NCBI RefSeq assembly: GCF_021869535.1 | Contig: NW_026262734.1 | Span: 93,868,001 to 93,932,000 of the forward strand | Source: Mytilus californianus | Taxonomy: Eukaryota | DNA length: 64,000 nucleotides | Reading direction: 5' to 3' | Part shown: positions 63,579-64,000 of the stretch, one piece after another | How the letters are laid out: each line of letters starts with the position of its first letter | How positions within the stretch are numbered: position 1 is the first letter of the stretch | Made by a program: the position numbers and the translations under genes | The notes under the pieces: model-generated | The model's database searches: none | What the model was told of the DNA's origin: nothing | The model's input: the letters and a program-made list of their open reading frames with translations, nothing else

Positions 63579-63821
63579 TGTTAACAAAACTTTGAATTTT
63601 TCAAAATACTAAGGATTTTCTACCCCAGGAATAGATTACCTTAGCTATATTTGGCAAAGCTTTCGGAATTTTGGGTCCTCAATGCTCTACAATTTCGTAC
63701 TTTATTTGGACTTTTTTGACTGCTTAGATTCGAGCGTCACTGACGAGTATTTTGGAAAAGAAACGCGCGTCTGCCGTCTGGCTTACAAAATTGTAATCCT
63801 GGTATCTATGATGAGTTTATT
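63579..63821 (+). mobile_element. Retrozyme-like monomer with partly decayed type I hammerhead (63733-63776)
   Basis: gcgtca-CTGACGA-gtattttggaaaa-GAAA-cgcgcgtc-tgccg. The core and the palindromic stem III (acgcgcgt) are intact; stem II is broken. Confidence 0.7.
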
Positions 63822-64000
63822 CTCAGCCTTCTTTCTAATCGACCCACTTTGCAGACTGTTACGTTAGAGTTATGCACTTACAGTGCCATGTACTGCTTCA
63901 CGAAAATTCAGCTTAGTTTGTAGTTCTGTTTAATATGTTTACTATAAAAAAAAATCGGTCCAACATTGTTTTTAACCAACTAAAACTAAACAAAAACTTT

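Noticed and set aside
62976-64000. GIY-YIG endonuclease upstream of the Naiad RT
   Set aside because: Element homology ends at ~62975 where the 109-bp array resumes. No endonuclease is visible, so the clade call rests on the CxC linker, RT motifs and absence of a C-terminal EN.

Overview
AT-rich, intron-containing eukaryotic DNA. It is most likely a mytilid mussel (Mytilus-like), inferred from tandem coiled-coil/C1q genes, an HSPA12 exon, bivalve-type tRNA-SINEs and retrozyme-like repeats. Host genes: a minus-strand C1q-domain cluster (one pseudogene, one copy with a frameshift, one fragment), the last two exons of a kringle-plus-transmembrane gene, and an HSPA12 fragment. Most of the window is mobile DNA: an apparently intact two-gene PIF/Harbinger transposon (45148-53767), Academ-, Kolobok-, Spy- and Helentron-type non-autonomous elements, SINEs, satellites and decayed hammerhead retrozymes. 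The standout is a Naiad-type Penelope-like retroelement (59998-62975, minus strand). Its RT frame has an in-frame TGA at a position that is Cys in a paralogous relic. Its 3' UTR holds a canonical type II SECIS followed about 250 nt later by a P5-permuted twister ribozyme with both catalytic nucleotides and both pseudoknots; only P1 is non-canonical. A divergent second family (5930-7680) has the same SECIS-then-twister module with different sequence and compensatory pairing. All structures and alignments were derived by eye; nothing was folded, aligned or searched computationally.
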